Virus record (IMG/VR): IMGVR_UViG_3300042350_003801
Reading direction: 5' to 3' (one strand)
Length of the DNA: 64,000 nt
Source of the DNA: a virus
Lineage: Duplodnaviria > Caudoviricetes
Shown one piece after another: positions 40,447 through 50,927 of the stretch. Position numbers and translations under genes: made by a program. Below the pieces are notes generated by a model. The model worked only from the letters and a program-made list of their open reading frames with translations. It was not told the DNA's origin and ran no database searches. Each line of letters opens with the position of its first letter. Within the stretch, counting starts at the first letter, position 1.

Positions 40447-41226
40447 TCAAATTTTAATAAACAAGTTTGGATTATAGCCCGTGTTTTGTCCGGGATACCC
40501 GACGGGATTACATATAACCCGACACTCTCCAATTTTGTAATCAAAAGGAGTATGCGTATGCCCGTGGATAAAGTATTTAATTTGAGGGTGTTTCATAATC
40601 AACTCATCTAAATCACTACAATACGCACTATTACACGATGAAGTTTTATACTCATCTGCAACGGAGCGATAACTTGGAGCGTGATGACTAATCACGAATA
40701 CATTCTCTTTGAGAGTTTCAAGTTGATTGAGAAGATAATCCCTACTTTTAAGATGAAAGTTTAGCGTATCTTGTGCCCTCAACTTTCTATAATTGGAACC
40801 AATACGAATGACTTTATAATCATTCATATATTGCTCCGCATCCATCATTTCTATAGGATTTCCATTACGAAAGTTAGTCCATAGAGTGAACCCCACAAAA
40901 GCCCAATCCCCAATCTTAATGGTATCATTCTCTAATAGATGGAAGTTATTGGAAAGATGCGCCCTTAGGGTTTTAAAGGTTCCTTCATAGTTAAATCCGA
41001 AGTGTTCGTGATTTCCTAACACATAAAGAACTTGATTAAAGTTCTTGGAACAATTCTCCAGAAATGTATCGTAAACATTGTGAAGGTACCCATCAGTCTT
41101 AAAATACTTAACCGAAAGAATATCTCCCGCTAAGATTAGTACATCTCCGCATCCTAAATCTGGAAGTATTTGACCAGAAATATAATGGTCAAGGTGGATA
41201 TCCGAAAAGGCCTTAATTTTTATCAT
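40447..41226 (-). CDS. Metallophosphoesterase
   Basis: SDIH, LAGDI, GNHE, ISHHAP, HGHTH, CNP.GY. Confidence 0.9.
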   Translation of the reverse strand: MIKIKAFSDIHLDHYISGQILPDLGCGDVLILAGDILSVKYFKTDGYLHNVYDTFLENCSKNFNQVLYVLGNHEHFGFNYEGTFKTLRAHLSNNFHLLENDTIKIGDWAFVGFTLWTNFRNGNPIEMMDAEQYMNDYKVIRIGSNYRKLRAQDTLNFHLKSRDYLLNQLETLKENVFVISHHAPSYRSVADEYKTSSCNSAYCSDLDELIMKHPQIKYFIHGHTHTPFDYKIGECRVICNPVGYPGQNTGYNPNLFIKI

Positions 41227-41470
41227 CTTTAAGTTCGGTAATTTCTTCCTGAATCCGACAATGGAGTTCTTTTAGTTGAGTTGTAGAAACATCATAGTCG
41301 TCAAACTCATTATACTTTTTAATTGACTTAATTGCCACGGAAAGGCAATAATCAAGATTTTGGAGGTCGTTCAAATTAAGATTCATAGTTCTTTCTTAAT
41401 GAAGAGTTGATGGTTACACCCTACTAGATTTCGCTGGGTTGTGGGTATTTAGTGGACGGTTTGGGTACTG

Positions 41471-42001
41471 TCACAAGTCGTTAAAAAGAGGAACGAACAA
41501 CAAAGTCTTACCGTCGTTCAATAAGGTATGCATACCAATTAGTTCATAAGTGGCATCACTGGCGGCATCCCAGGCGGCATCCCAGGCGGCATCCCAGGCG
41601 GCATCCCAGGCGGCATTCCCGGCGGCATCCCTGGCGGCATCCCAGGCGGCATTCCCGGCGGCATCCCTGGCGGCATCCCAGGCGGCATTCCCGGCGGCAT
41701 CCCTGGCGGCATCCCAGGCGGCATTCCCGGCGGCATATCCGGCGGCATATCCGGCGGCAGCCCCGGCGGCAGCCCCGGCGGCATTCCGGGCGGCAGACCA
41801 GGCGGCATTCCCGGCGGCGGAATCTAGGGCGCGGTAGCGGCGGGCAACCTCTTCCCATTGGTCAGCGGTAAGACTATCCATAAACCGCCAGAAGTTCAAG
41901 ACGGTTTCGTAGTTTGGTCCTAGAAAGTCTTGTGGGTTAGTAAGAACTTCTGGATTTTCTAGTTCGTTGGCGAAATTTTGATGGGCTTTGGAGTAATTCA
42001 T
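41471..42001 (-). CDS. AAWDAA-repeat family protein, copy 2 (longest repeat tract)
   Basis: Conserved ends; about 22 units of 12-nt GCCGCC(T/A/G)GG(G/A/T)AT at about 41550-41820. Confidence 0.85.
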   Translation of the reverse strand: MNYSKAHQNFANELENPEVLTNPQDFLGPNYETVLNFWRFMDSLTADQWEEVARRYRALDSAAGNAAWSAARNAAGAAAGAAAGYAAGYAAGNAAWDAARDAAGNAAWDAARDAAGNAAWDAARDAAGNAAWDAAWDAAWDAAWDAASDATYELIGMHTLLNDGKTLLFVPLFNDL

Positions 42002-42082
42002 AAATTCATTAAGATGTGATCACCATATCGCAAACAATGGAGCGACGGTTAAATTGGTGGACAGTTGAGCAACTGTCGGGGT

Positions 42083-42490
42083 TTACCATTCATCTTCCGG
42101 TAATTTATTCTTTATATCATATAGGTCATCATCAATATTTTTGATTTTACATTCAATATCCTGAAGACGACCAAATAGATTTTTTAAAAACAGTTCCATT
42201 CCAGACTTTTCATACTCGTCATCTTTTAGGAAAGTTTCTATTTGGTTGCCCGGTATTCCATTAAACATTTGGCTTGCAAAATTCCACGAGTTAACATTTC
42301 CAAGAAATTCCTCGTGCAACCGAAAATCTTTAAAATCCTCTCTAATCATACTAAAACCATAGGCAGAGGGAACATCGGTATAACCCATTTTCATTCCGTG
42401 TTTTCCATACTCGGGAAGATAAGGAAAAGTTTTTTCCCATTTGGCCTTACCCTTTTTCGTTAATCCATTTGGTTCTAAAAATACTAACAT
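42083..42490 (-). CDS. Hypothetical protein
   Basis: 135-aa ORF behind a TTGACA/TG-TATACT promoter (about 42520-42543). Confidence 0.7.
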   Translation of the reverse strand: MLVFLEPNGLTKKGKAKWEKTFPYLPEYGKHGMKMGYTDVPSAYGFSMIREDFKDFRLHEEFLGNVNSWNFASQMFNGIPGNQIETFLKDDEYEKSGMELFLKNLFGRLQDIECKIKNIDDDLYDIKNKLPEDEW

Positions 42491-42539
42491 TGTTTTAGTT
42501 CTTTAACTATTATGAGTATACCACACCATCTTGATTTTG

Positions 42540-43340
42540 TCAAGCCCCCTGTGCCACTTGTCCAGATGGCTCGGCAATGCGCCCGTGATAAGGATTAAAA
42601 TCTGTGATTTGTTCAAGAGAAACCTGTGCTCCCATTTGAGACCAGAAATTAAAAATGCCATCATAAGAATTGCGATGAAATAACTCTAAATGGTCACTAT
42701 GTATTGATGAGCCCATATCCAACTTATATAAGAAAAGCGGGCAGGCATACGTCATACCAGCATTATAGATTAGGTCATCTGCGGTTGCTCTTGGTTTTAC
42801 TCCATTGTCTAATTTATATTTGTCATCCCTAATGTGTAGGTCAATAAGTTTTTTTGCATACCTGCGTGTAATGATATAACAGGCAGTGGAAAAACTGTTG
42901 ACGAATCTTGTATGAATTGGAACACTGATATCACCGGTTGAGATAATTGCAAGTTGAATACAATCCCAGGCATAAGGAACTCTGCCAATAAAATCAGCAA
43001 AAGTGAAGTTCCAGAAGCGAGCAATGCTAATGTCTACATCATCTTCCATAAAAAGAGCATAAGGAGACTCAGAAGTTTCATACCACTCCTTGATTGCTTT
43101 TAGATGACTACAAGTGCAACCGATTTCACCACTTGTCATATTCTCTGGATAGGTTCCTCTTAAGATTTCACTAAGATCAGATACTCTCCCATCATATGCA
43201 GAGATTCTTGTGTAGTTTTCAATTTCCCAATAAGAGAACTGCTCCTCCATATATTTACGACGGTTTTCCTGATCATCTAGATTAATATAATAGATTGAAG
43301 GAAGATTCTTTAGTTTATATGCTGATTTGTTGGTGTCCAT
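42540..43340 (-). CDS. Glycosyltransferase family 25-like
   Basis: YYINLD...RR..M, RISAYDG, EIGC..SH..A, EDD. Confidence 0.85.
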   Translation of the reverse strand: MDTNKSAYKLKNLPSIYYINLDDQENRRKYMEEQFSYWEIENYTRISAYDGRVSDLSEILRGTYPENMTSGEIGCTCSHLKAIKEWYETSESPYALFMEDDVDISIARFWNFTFADFIGRVPYAWDCIQLAIISTGDISVPIHTRFVNSFSTACYIITRRYAKKLIDLHIRDDKYKLDNGVKPRATADDLIYNAGMTYACPLFLYKLDMGSSIHSDHLELFHRNSYDGIFNFWSQMGAQVSLEQITDFNPYHGRIAEPSGQVAQGA

Positions 43341-43348
43341 AATTAAAA

Positions 43349-44101
43349 TTATTGAAGAATATCATCCAAAATATACAATAAAAGATTTGTCTTATTTCCA
43401 TCTTTTACAATATAAAATGTGTCCCAGTTGCAGGCATTTCTAGAATGTAAAAATTTACCATCAAAATGAAGTTCAAAATTATAGCCCAATGTGACACTCT
43501 GATCGGTTAAATCAATGTCCTTGTATGCTTCTGGATATGTTACTCCAGTATTTTTAAATTTTATGTTCTCGTCTCTTAAGATTGTATATGTTCCACCACC
43601 ACTATCAACTTTTTGCCCTTCCACTTCCCCACATTTCCAATTTATTTCATCAAAAGAACTAGTCTTAAATGCAACAAGACCTGGCCAAATGTATTTAACG
43701 TGTTCCCGCTCTTGTAGCAGCCCGAGAATATCGTAACCATTCAACTCTTCAACAAGATTCAAGTCTTCGGTAAGGAAAATATCGTGATCTAAAAATAAAA
43801 CAATCTTATCGTCTAGCCGTTTAACTACACTATCATAAGTCCACTGAAGGACTTCTGAATGATATTGTGATGATTGTAGCCCATTTGGAGATTGGCGGGT
43901 GCGATAGTATAAAGTAAGTTCTTGATACTTTTCACTTATCTTTTTGCAGACAGTTTCAAACTCATTTACCAAACTACCATTTCTAGTGTCGTGAATGACA
44001 TTTAAGTTAAAATCATTTAAAAGAAATTTTTTAAGACAATCTACTTGCAGTTCCAGTAAATCTGGCCTATTAAATGCAAACGTAAATATTTCTATTTTCA
44101 T
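43349..44101 (-). CDS. Putative glycosyltransferase (GT-A-like)
   Basis: FLDHD DxD-like motif, D.GG.T; inside the glyco cluster. Confidence 0.55.
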   Translation of the reverse strand: MKIEIFTFAFNRPDLLELQVDCLKKFLLNDFNLNVIHDTRNGSLVNEFETVCKKISEKYQELTLYYRTRQSPNGLQSSQYHSEVLQWTYDSVVKRLDDKIVLFLDHDIFLTEDLNLVEELNGYDILGLLQEREHVKYIWPGLVAFKTSSFDEINWKCGEVEGQKVDSGGGTYTILRDENIKFKNTGVTYPEAYKDIDLTDQSVTLGYNFELHFDGKFLHSRNACNWDTFYIVKDGNKTNLLLYILDDILQ

Positions 44102-44988
44102 AATTGCCCCCTAATCCACTCAATTACACTGACCTTTGGCTCCCATTCTAAAATGCCTTTGATCTTATCAATATTTGCTCTAGAATGAATAACTTCACCA
44201 ATACGTTCGGGTAAATTAATTTGATTCAAAGAGATAAGATTCGCAATAAATTCAATGGATGTGCCTAGCCCAGTTCCCACATTAAAAACCTCACCATACT
44301 TATATAAGTTTTTTTGGCTCGCAATAATGTTTGCAGATACCACATCAGAAACGTGAACGAAATCCCGTGTTTGATAACCTTCGCCAATAAGAGTAAGAGG
44401 TTCATTATTATTTTTCTGCCTTAGAAAAATTCCCAAAACTGGAGCATAACTTCCAACAAGAGGCTGCCTCTCGCCATAAACATTAAAGTACCGGAAGATA
44501 ACTGTTTTCACCCCGTAAAGGTTGTAATACATCTGGCAAAGTTGTTCACCAGAATATTTTGAGATAGAGTAAGTATTCAAACAATCAATAGGATTAGTTT
44601 CTACACTAGGTAGAAACAGACTATTACCATAAACCGCAGAAGTAGAAGAAAATACTACTCTTTTAATGCCATATTTTCTTGATGCCTCTAGGACATTTAA
44701 AGTAGAAATAACATTATTCTGCATCGTTTCTCGGGGATGCTCTACACAGTATGGAATGGAAATCTCTGAGGCAAGATGAAATACATAATCCGCCCCTTCA
44801 AATAGCCATTCGCTACTATAATCAGATAAGTCTCTCTTATAATAAAGAGCATCATCATTAAAGAAGTATTCAGTTCTCGTTGAAGATGTCTGACTGTCAA
44901 TGACAATAACTTCGTGTCCAAATTCAATAAGTTTATCTACAATATGGGATCCAATAAAACCACAACCACCCGTTACAATACTTTTCAT
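44098..44988 (-). CDS. NAD-dependent nucleotide-sugar epimerase/dehydratase
   Basis: TGGCGFIGSH, SSTSAVYG, YSISK (YxxxK), RYFNVYG, TRDFVHV. Confidence 0.93.
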   Translation of the reverse strand: MKSIVTGGCGFIGSHIVDKLIEFGHEVIVIDSQTSSTRTEYFFNDDALYYKRDLSDYSSEWLFEGADYVFHLASEISIPYCVEHPRETMQNNVISTLNVLEASRKYGIKRVVFSSTSAVYGNSLFLPSVETNPIDCLNTYSISKYSGEQLCQMYYNLYGVKTVIFRYFNVYGERQPLVGSYAPVLGIFLRQKNNNEPLTLIGEGYQTRDFVHVSDVVSANIIASQKNLYKYGEVFNVGTGLGTSIEFIANLISLNQINLPERIGEVIHSRANIDKIKGILEWEPKVSVIEWIRGQL

Positions 44989-45743
44989 ACAATTCTCGCT
45001 GGAACAAAATAACCGGGAATGCCATTAACATCCCGTCTACTTATTAGCGGTCTGAGTGGCGATTTAAACTCTTCATTCAACTTATAGAAGTTCGCATCAT
45101 CAATTAGGATCTGCCGAAAAAAAGACTCTGCATCAGCGGCATCTATTGAGTTCTCTGACAGTTTGCCGGTTGTTACTGCCGACCATTCATATTGCCTGAA
45201 CAATGGTTCGTCCAGTGCATAAACATCAAAGTATTTTTGATTTTCGGCAAAACCAATGTCAAGATGATTATTTACTTCGTAACCGTGATGATATGCAATC
45301 CGTGAGCACATTTGAGTATATTCTTCACTAAGATATAGAATTGCGTGGGTTGCTAGCATATTGTAGACCCTTACACAATTTGCATTAGATTTAGATTTAG
45401 ATGTATGAACATATGGCCCAGAATGATTCAGATATCTGCCCCAATGCGAAATACCAAGATACACAGCATCTGCGGTATTTGGATATTCTATTACACCATT
45501 GAACTCTTTATTTAAGGAACAGTCATCTTCTAGAATAATTGCTGGACCACTAAGAGAAGAGAGAATCTTATGATGTGACCGGGCACAACCAACAATTCTA
45601 CCAGCCTCGTGCTTAATAGCAGAAACGCGGGTTACATCTTTAAACCCCATTTCGCCAAGAAGTTTTTCAGTTCTTTCCTTCTTTTCTACTTCTTCATCCA
45701 GATTAATATAATAAACTGGAATTTTTTTTAAATCGCGTTTCAT
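44985..45743 (-). CDS. GT25-like glycosyltransferase
   Basis: YYINL, GCARSH, ILEDD, RVYNMLATHAILY; paralog of 47142-47801. Confidence 0.7.
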   Translation of the reverse strand: MKRDLKKIPVYYINLDEEVEKKERTEKLLGEMGFKDVTRVSAIKHEAGRIVGCARSHHKILSSLSGPAIILEDDCSLNKEFNGVIEYPNTADAVYLGISHWGRYLNHSGPYVHTSKSKSNANCVRVYNMLATHAILYLSEEYTQMCSRIAYHHGYEVNNHLDIGFAENQKYFDVYALDEPLFRQYEWSAVTTGKLSENSIDAADAESFFRQILIDDANFYKLNEEFKSPLRPLISRRDVNGIPGYFVPARIV

Positions 45744-46468
45744 TGCCGAACTTCATTATGATTCTTCTGCAATGCCATAATCTTTGGAGGGAATGGAACT
45801 CTCCAGCCGTATGGGTAATATTTAGTTGGAGCCCCATTCTCATCTGCACCTTCTGGAAAGCAATAAGATGGATTAAGTTCAAGAGTTGGGGGATTATCAA
45901 TAAGATAACGATTCATATGAGATTCATCGTGCCATTCTGCAATGATACCACTATCAAAATCTCTATTAATATTTTCAACAATTGTCTCAGCCATACTCAA
46001 AAAGTTCACTGGGGTTCCTCCATTAAATCCTCCAGCATAGTATTTTCTTCCCGCACCATATGGAACATATGCGGTGCTCTGAGGCCGCCTTTCGTAGGTA
46101 AAAGAATCTAATGTCCCATTCCACATTCCAGGATGTTGGGTGGCAACAAGATCCCCAAAAATTTCTTCCCCGACTTTATCTACAATCATCATATCAACAT
46201 CAAGATAAAAACAATAGTCATATTTTTGAATATGTTCCTTTTCTTGAAGAAAATAATGATACCTCTTAAGAGTTGGCATTGGCCAAGGCTCGTGTTGAAT
46301 TTGTGAAACCTTAATTCGTTCAGATTCCACTTCAAGCTCTTGATTAGTAAACACTAGAGCATCAACCATATGACCATTTAAAAAATTTTCATCAATAGAG
46401 TCTAGCAAAGGATTGATGAACCTAATGTAGTGGTTCGTTGCCACATTTAAAATACAAATTTTTTTCAT
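45740..46468 (-). CDS. Glycosyltransferase family 6
   Basis: YLDVD, HPG, YERRPQSTAY, YYAGGFNGG, WHDESHMNRY motifs. Confidence 0.9.
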   Translation of the reverse strand: MKKICILNVATNHYIRFINPLLDSIDENFLNGHMVDALVFTNQELEVESERIKVSQIQHEPWPMPTLKRYHYFLQEKEHIQKYDYCFYLDVDMMIVDKVGEEIFGDLVATQHPGMWNGTLDSFTYERRPQSTAYVPYGAGRKYYAGGFNGGTPVNFLSMAETIVENINRDFDSGIIAEWHDESHMNRYLIDNPPTLELNPSYCFPEGADENGAPTKYYPYGWRVPFPPKIMALQKNHNEVRQ

Positions 46469-47142
46469 TGCTTCTCCCTATAAAATTCATCTGCTACAAA
46501 AACGGTGTTATGAATATCGCTATAAATTTCTACATATTTTTTTGATTTAATAAATTCTCTTAGTTCCCTTATTTCTAGAATTAGATCTGGATATTTTTGA
46601 AACGAGGGATGTTCATCTTCTAATTCAACAATTAGCATTTTGGGTCGCCACTCATCAATATCAAATGTCTTAAAGATTTCAGACTCTTTTCCTTCTACAT
46701 CTACAACAAGAATATCAAAGTTTTTGGGAACCTCTAACCTATTCATCAAAGTGTCCAAACGCATTTGGTCACACATTACTTCATCAAACTGAATATGGGC
46801 AGACCAGTCAATTTCCTTATATCTATCAACTTGTTCAGGATTTAGGGTTGAAAGGGTTTGCCCCCTATACATTTTAATTTCACCCTCTTCTAGACCAATA
46901 GCAACGTTAGCAACTGTAACGTCATTCAGTTCGTGTCGCTTTAGGCATTTTAAATAATATTCATAAACGGGCTCAATATACAGTCCATTCCACCCAATAT
47001 CAGCTAAAAAAGATGTATTTGAAACAAACTCCCCATCATAGGCACCAACTTCAACAAAGAAGCCTTTTGTTGGATAACCGAAATATTTTTGGTAAATTTC
47101 ATTGAGAGTTTTAACTTGACAATCTGGAGTTATATTATACAT
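46465..47142 (-). CDS. FkbM-family methyltransferase
   Basis: FVEVGAYDG..SNT..L...GW.GLYIEP, D.LVVDVEG.E. Confidence 0.9.
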   Translation of the reverse strand: MYNITPDCQVKTLNEIYQKYFGYPTKGFFVEVGAYDGEFVSNTSFLADIGWNGLYIEPVYEYYLKCLKRHELNDVTVANVAIGLEEGEIKMYRGQTLSTLNPEQVDRYKEIDWSAHIQFDEVMCDQMRLDTLMNRLEVPKNFDILVVDVEGKESEIFKTFDIDEWRPKMLIVELEDEHPSFQKYPDLILEIRELREFIKSKKYVEIYSDIHNTVFVADEFYREKQ

Positions 47143-47801
47143 TATTTCAGAGGATAAGGATAAAACTGAAGTGAATTAATTTCCATACATTCAGTGTGAT
47201 TAACAGAGGTTATGGATCTATTTGTGGCATTTTCATTGCTACTCTGAGCAAACAATGGGTCGTTAAAGGCATAAACATTAAAGTATCTTTGCACTTCAGC
47301 GAAGGCAACATCGTTATAATTTTCTATAACATAACCAGTATGATATGCTATCCTTTTTATCAGTCTGGTGTATTCTTTACTTAGGTATAGAATGGAATGA
47401 GTCGCCAACATATTGTAAACCCGGAGCAACCCTGGATAATTGTCCACATAATCATATTGAATAAATTCTCCGTTGTGTCCATTCATTCTTCCCCAGGTTG
47501 AATTACCCAGATATATTGCATCGGCATCATCTGGAACATTAATTATTCCACCGTTCCAGTTTTTTTCAATTAAGAACGCATCATCTTCTAGTAAAATAAA
47601 TGGGACTTTTTCGGGGTTCAACGAGTGATAATGTGCCCTAGAACATCCTGCTACGGGATTTTCGGGGTAAATTGACCCATCTAACCGTTGAACGTTTTTA
47701 AAATTTAAACCGGTCAATAGAGTTTCTATCTTTTCTCTTTTGCTTGTGTGTTGCGGCAAATTAATATAATATGTTTGCAATTCAGTTAAATCAATTTGCA
47801 T
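47142..47801 (-). CDS. GT25-like glycosyltransferase (start moved to MQIDL)
   Basis: YYINL, GCSRAH, LLEDD, RVYNMLATHSILY. Confidence 0.7.
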   Translation of the reverse strand: MQIDLTELQTYYINLPQHTSKREKIETLLTGLNFKNVQRLDGSIYPENPVAGCSRAHYHSLNPEKVPFILLEDDAFLIEKNWNGGIINVPDDADAIYLGNSTWGRMNGHNGEFIQYDYVDNYPGLLRVYNMLATHSILYLSKEYTRLIKRIAYHTGYVIENYNDVAFAEVQRYFNVYAFNDPLFAQSSNENATNRSITSVNHTECMEINSLQFYPYPLK

Positions 47802-48573
47802 TTTTACCGTAAATAATATGAACAGTGTGTGGAGGTCTAATTTCTGTTTCAAACGTAATAGAAAAGTCTTTGGAGGCCATTTCAATAAATGCCTGAGAGT
47901 TTAAATTATTTTCAGTAAAATTATTATAGACGATATAGAAATTTTTAGCAGTTTTAATGAAGGAGTCATAATAAAGTTCTTGATATTCTCTAGAACATTC
48001 AGAGAAAGCATAGTTACTAATAACCAAATCTAAGTTATTATTTTCTACGACTTCACTTGTTGAGATGTGCTTGATTTTAGTTTTAAGGGACTTGAACTTA
48101 TTCAAGTATTTTTTTGATAACCCATTTACTTCTGGGAAGTCTACTAGATGATAAGTATCAAACCTATTAAAAGAACTGAATACTTTACATAAGCCACCAT
48201 ATCCACCACCAATTTCTAAAACATTCCTAAAAGGCATCTCTGAGCCAAAATATGAAATGATATCAAGACTATTCTTAATATATCTAACAGTTGTTGGTGA
48301 AATAACACCGAGTTCGGGGTGATTAAATAGTAAAGGCGAACCATATGCGTCGTTTTCCTTTACTGAGTTTATAAGAGCTTCAGTAAGAATTTCTTTAGAT
48401 TTCATTTCCGAAAAATAAAGATTAGCATCGGTCTCTGTTAAATGTTCAAGAACTGGTGTATATCTTGAATCTACCTTAAAAACATTAAACAAATCATCAT
48501 TTTCTACAAATTCATTACAAGCCTGCAAATAATTGTCAATCATAGACTGATTGACATCCCAAAGTTTATTCAT
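47791..48573 (-). CDS. Putative sugar O-methyltransferase
   Basis: SPTTVRY, LEIGGGYGG, DLVISNYAFSE. Confidence 0.75.
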   Translation of the reverse strand: MNKLWDVNQSMIDNYLQACNEFVENDDLFNVFKVDSRYTPVLEHLTETDANLYFSEMKSKEILTEALINSVKENDAYGSPLLFNHPELGVISPTTVRYIKNSLDIISYFGSEMPFRNVLEIGGGYGGLCKVFSSFNRFDTYHLVDFPEVNGLSKKYLNKFKSLKTKIKHISTSEVVENNNLDLVISNYAFSECSREYQELYYDSFIKTAKNFYIVYNNFTENNLNSQAFIEMASKDFSITFETEIRPPHTVHIIYGKNAN

Positions 48574-48579
48574 TCCGTT

Positions 48580-49368
48580 TTATATTGTCTTCCAGGACTC
48601 CCTATATATTCCGGTTGAATCTGCTTCCAGCATAGACTTTCCGAACCACAGTTTAGGTGCAACAGTCTTTTTGCTATTTGCCAAATAACTTCCCCACCAC
48701 GAAAAAGAAGAGTTGCAGATAATATGATAAGAACACATACTCTGCAGACATAAATCAACCGCTGTTGTATTATTTTCCGAAATCAAAAATCTATCAACCC
48801 CAAAGAGTTCCTGTTCATAGCACCATTGATGGTCATCCGAAAATACAATAACAGGTAAAGAAGAGTCAAAATGCTTCAAGGCATCTTCATAATAAGACAT
48901 TGGCTGAAGAGGGTGGTTAGGATTATTAACATAGTCACACCTTCGGATGTGTAAAGAGATGTATTCTTCATTGCCTAGAAGATTTCTACAAAGACCTTGA
49001 ATTTCTTCAGAGAACGTAAAGTCTTTTCTAATTTCCTCTTCAATATGTTTGAAGTAGTTCTCGTTTTGAAAGTAGCCAAGAAGATTGGTATTATCTGGGC
49101 AATTGTCAAACAGATTTTGGTCAAAGTTAAATGTTGACTCAGTAACCGTTTGATAATCAGTGATACTATATTTTACTCCGCTAAATTGAAAAGTGTTGTA
49201 AATATTGGCATCAGAGTGTCTGACGTTTAAATCAGTTTGTCCTGCAACATTTGGAGATGGAATACAAAAGTCAAATCCTCTATTTCTTGCAATACCCCTA
49301 AGAGATGCATACTGAAACATCTGATTGCCGAGTCTTCCAAGATTTGCTAAATTGTTAAATGAAATCAT
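48580..49368 (-). CDS. Glycosyltransferase family 11 (alpha-1,2-fucosyltransferase-like)
   Basis: GRLGNQMFQYA, GYFQ, SLHIRRCDY, FSDD, NSSFSWWG. Confidence 0.92.
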   Translation of the reverse strand: MISFNNLANLGRLGNQMFQYASLRGIARNRGFDFCIPSPNVAGQTDLNVRHSDANIYNTFQFSGVKYSITDYQTVTESTFNFDQNLFDNCPDNTNLLGYFQNENYFKHIEEEIRKDFTFSEEIQGLCRNLLGNEEYISLHIRRCDYVNNPNHPLQPMSYYEDALKHFDSSLPVIVFSDDHQWCYEQELFGVDRFLISENNTTAVDLCLQSMCSYHIICNSSFSWWGSYLANSKKTVAPKLWFGKSMLEADSTGIYRESWKTI

Positions 49369-49808
49369 AAGTCGTTAAAAAGAGGAACAAACAATAAGTC
49401 CTTACCATCGTCCAAAAGCGTGTGCATACAAATTAATTCATAAGTTGCATCACTGGCGGCATCCCTGGCGGCAAACCCGGCGGTGTCCCTGGCGGCATCA
49501 CTGGCGGCATCACTGGCCGCCCGCCAGGCGGCCGTGGCGGCAGCATCAGCGTCAGCTCCGGCGGCATCCCAGGCGGCATCCCAGGCGGCATTCCAGGCGG
49601 CATCCCTGGCGGCAACCCTGGCGGCAAGGGCTAGGGCACGGTAACGGCGAGCAACTTCATTCCATTGGTGTCTCGTAAGACCGTCCATATACAACCAGAA
49701 ATTCAGGACGGTTTCGTAGTTTGGTCCTAAAAAGTCTTGTGGATTTGTTGGGGCTTCAAGGTTTTGAAGGCGGTTGGAGAACTTTTGATGGGCTTTTGAG
49801 TGATTCAT
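49365..49808 (-). CDS. AAWDAA-repeat family protein, copy 3
   Basis: Conserved ends plus GC-rich 12-nt repeat tract at about 49450-49625. Confidence 0.85.
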   Translation of the reverse strand: MNHSKAHQKFSNRLQNLEAPTNPQDFLGPNYETVLNFWLYMDGLTRHQWNEVARRYRALALAARVAARDAAWNAAWDAAWDAAGADADAAATAAWRAASDAASDAARDTAGFAARDAASDATYELICMHTLLDDGKDLLFVPLFNDL

Positions 49809-49809
49809 T

Positions 49810-50472
49810 TTACAGAATAAAGTTGCAAAAGTTTGGTCCCTTCAATAATTGCGAAAAACTCCCAATTAAAACTGCATCCCACATTTTTAGTTGGATAAAA
49901 GAAGGAAACATTATGATGCCGCCAATAAACTTAATACCGAGACCAATTTTTACGTCACAATATAGAAGTATACAATAACCAACTATGAGAAGTAAATTAC
50001 CAAACCACCGCAATTTAGTCATTTTTCAAATATGCTGGTTGCCCAGTCAATAGTTTGGCATATTCCTGATCTTCCATTGCATAAGAGCATTGAATGCTAT
50101 TATCAAACAGGACTGAATCTTTCCAGGTTTTAAAGCGAGGATGCCTGATTTGAAGTCTATAATCTGGCATACCATTATGGAAGATGGTTCCCTTAATCAC
50201 AAAGCGAAACTCTTTTGTTTCAAGTAATACTTCAGGTTGAGTTGCCATCAGACCATCACCTCAATTCCGAGTTCTTCTGAAATAAGATTGAGAATCATAA
50301 TATAGTCAGCTTCCACTTCACCGTAAAATGAGACATTCTGATCTTCGTAAAACTTCACAATCTTTTTCCAGAGTTTTGGTTTATCAATAGGAAGAATAAC
50401 TTCTCGGTCAAGGGCTCGCTGGAGAGTATATTTTTCCTTGCGAAACTTTTCGGCAAAAGTTTGTTCAGACAT
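49810..50472 (-). other. Three small hypothetical ORFs (49810-50022 membrane, 50015-50248, 50248-50472)
   Basis: Co-oriented overlapping ORFs resembling conserved small cyanophage proteins. Confidence 0.65.
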
Positions 50473-50583
50473 ATGTGGCTAGTTTTTATCTTTGGTAAAG
50501 GACAGATGAGATTTCTCTCGGTTTTAGTATAGGGTTTATTGCCCGTTTTGTCAGGCATTAGTGGACGGTTGTGATAGTGTCCA

Positions 50584-50671
50584 TACCAGCCGAGGGTATT
50601 GAACCCTCCCAAAGGCCGTAATCTGCGGCAAAGGTATTATAAGCACCCTCTGAACACCTGTTCTGACTGGC
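50584..50671 (-). tRNA. trnI: tRNA-Ile(UAU)-like with long variable arm and shortened D-loop
   Basis: Acceptor GCCAGTC/GGCTGGT+A73; anticodon stem GGGTG/TACCT with loop CTTATAA; V-arm GCCG/CGGC; T-arm GAGGG-TTCAATA-CCCTC; D-arm GAAC-AGGT-GTTC. Confidence 0.7.
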
Positions 50672-50927
50672 TTAAAAATCAACAACCGTCGTTATGCGCT
50701 CTAAGATAGTTAAAAACGACACTATCTTCTTTTTCGTGTGATTGGCTATAAAACGTATAATTGTAATCCGATTCTTCTTTAAATGAAATTAACCGACCAT
50801 TTTTAACTTCAGTGTTTTTCATCATCATTCACTACTATCATTATCCCAAGTATCGGGACCACTATCAATGAAAAACACAAAAGAAAAATAAAGACTTGGG
50901 TTTCCATTAGTCTTACAATAAGTTCTT

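Noticed and set aside
41550-41820. CRISPR array or DGR call for the tandem repeats
   Set aside because: Units are contiguous, in-frame and have no unique spacers; no cas operon and no reverse transcriptase or template repeat in the window.
41539-41858. Alternative-frame ORFs over the GC repeats (PPGMPPG.., ASQAA.., CRRGC..; also 49433-49678)
   Set aside because: By-products of the 12-nt GC repeat; only the AAWDAA frame has ends conserved across four paralogs and a promoter.
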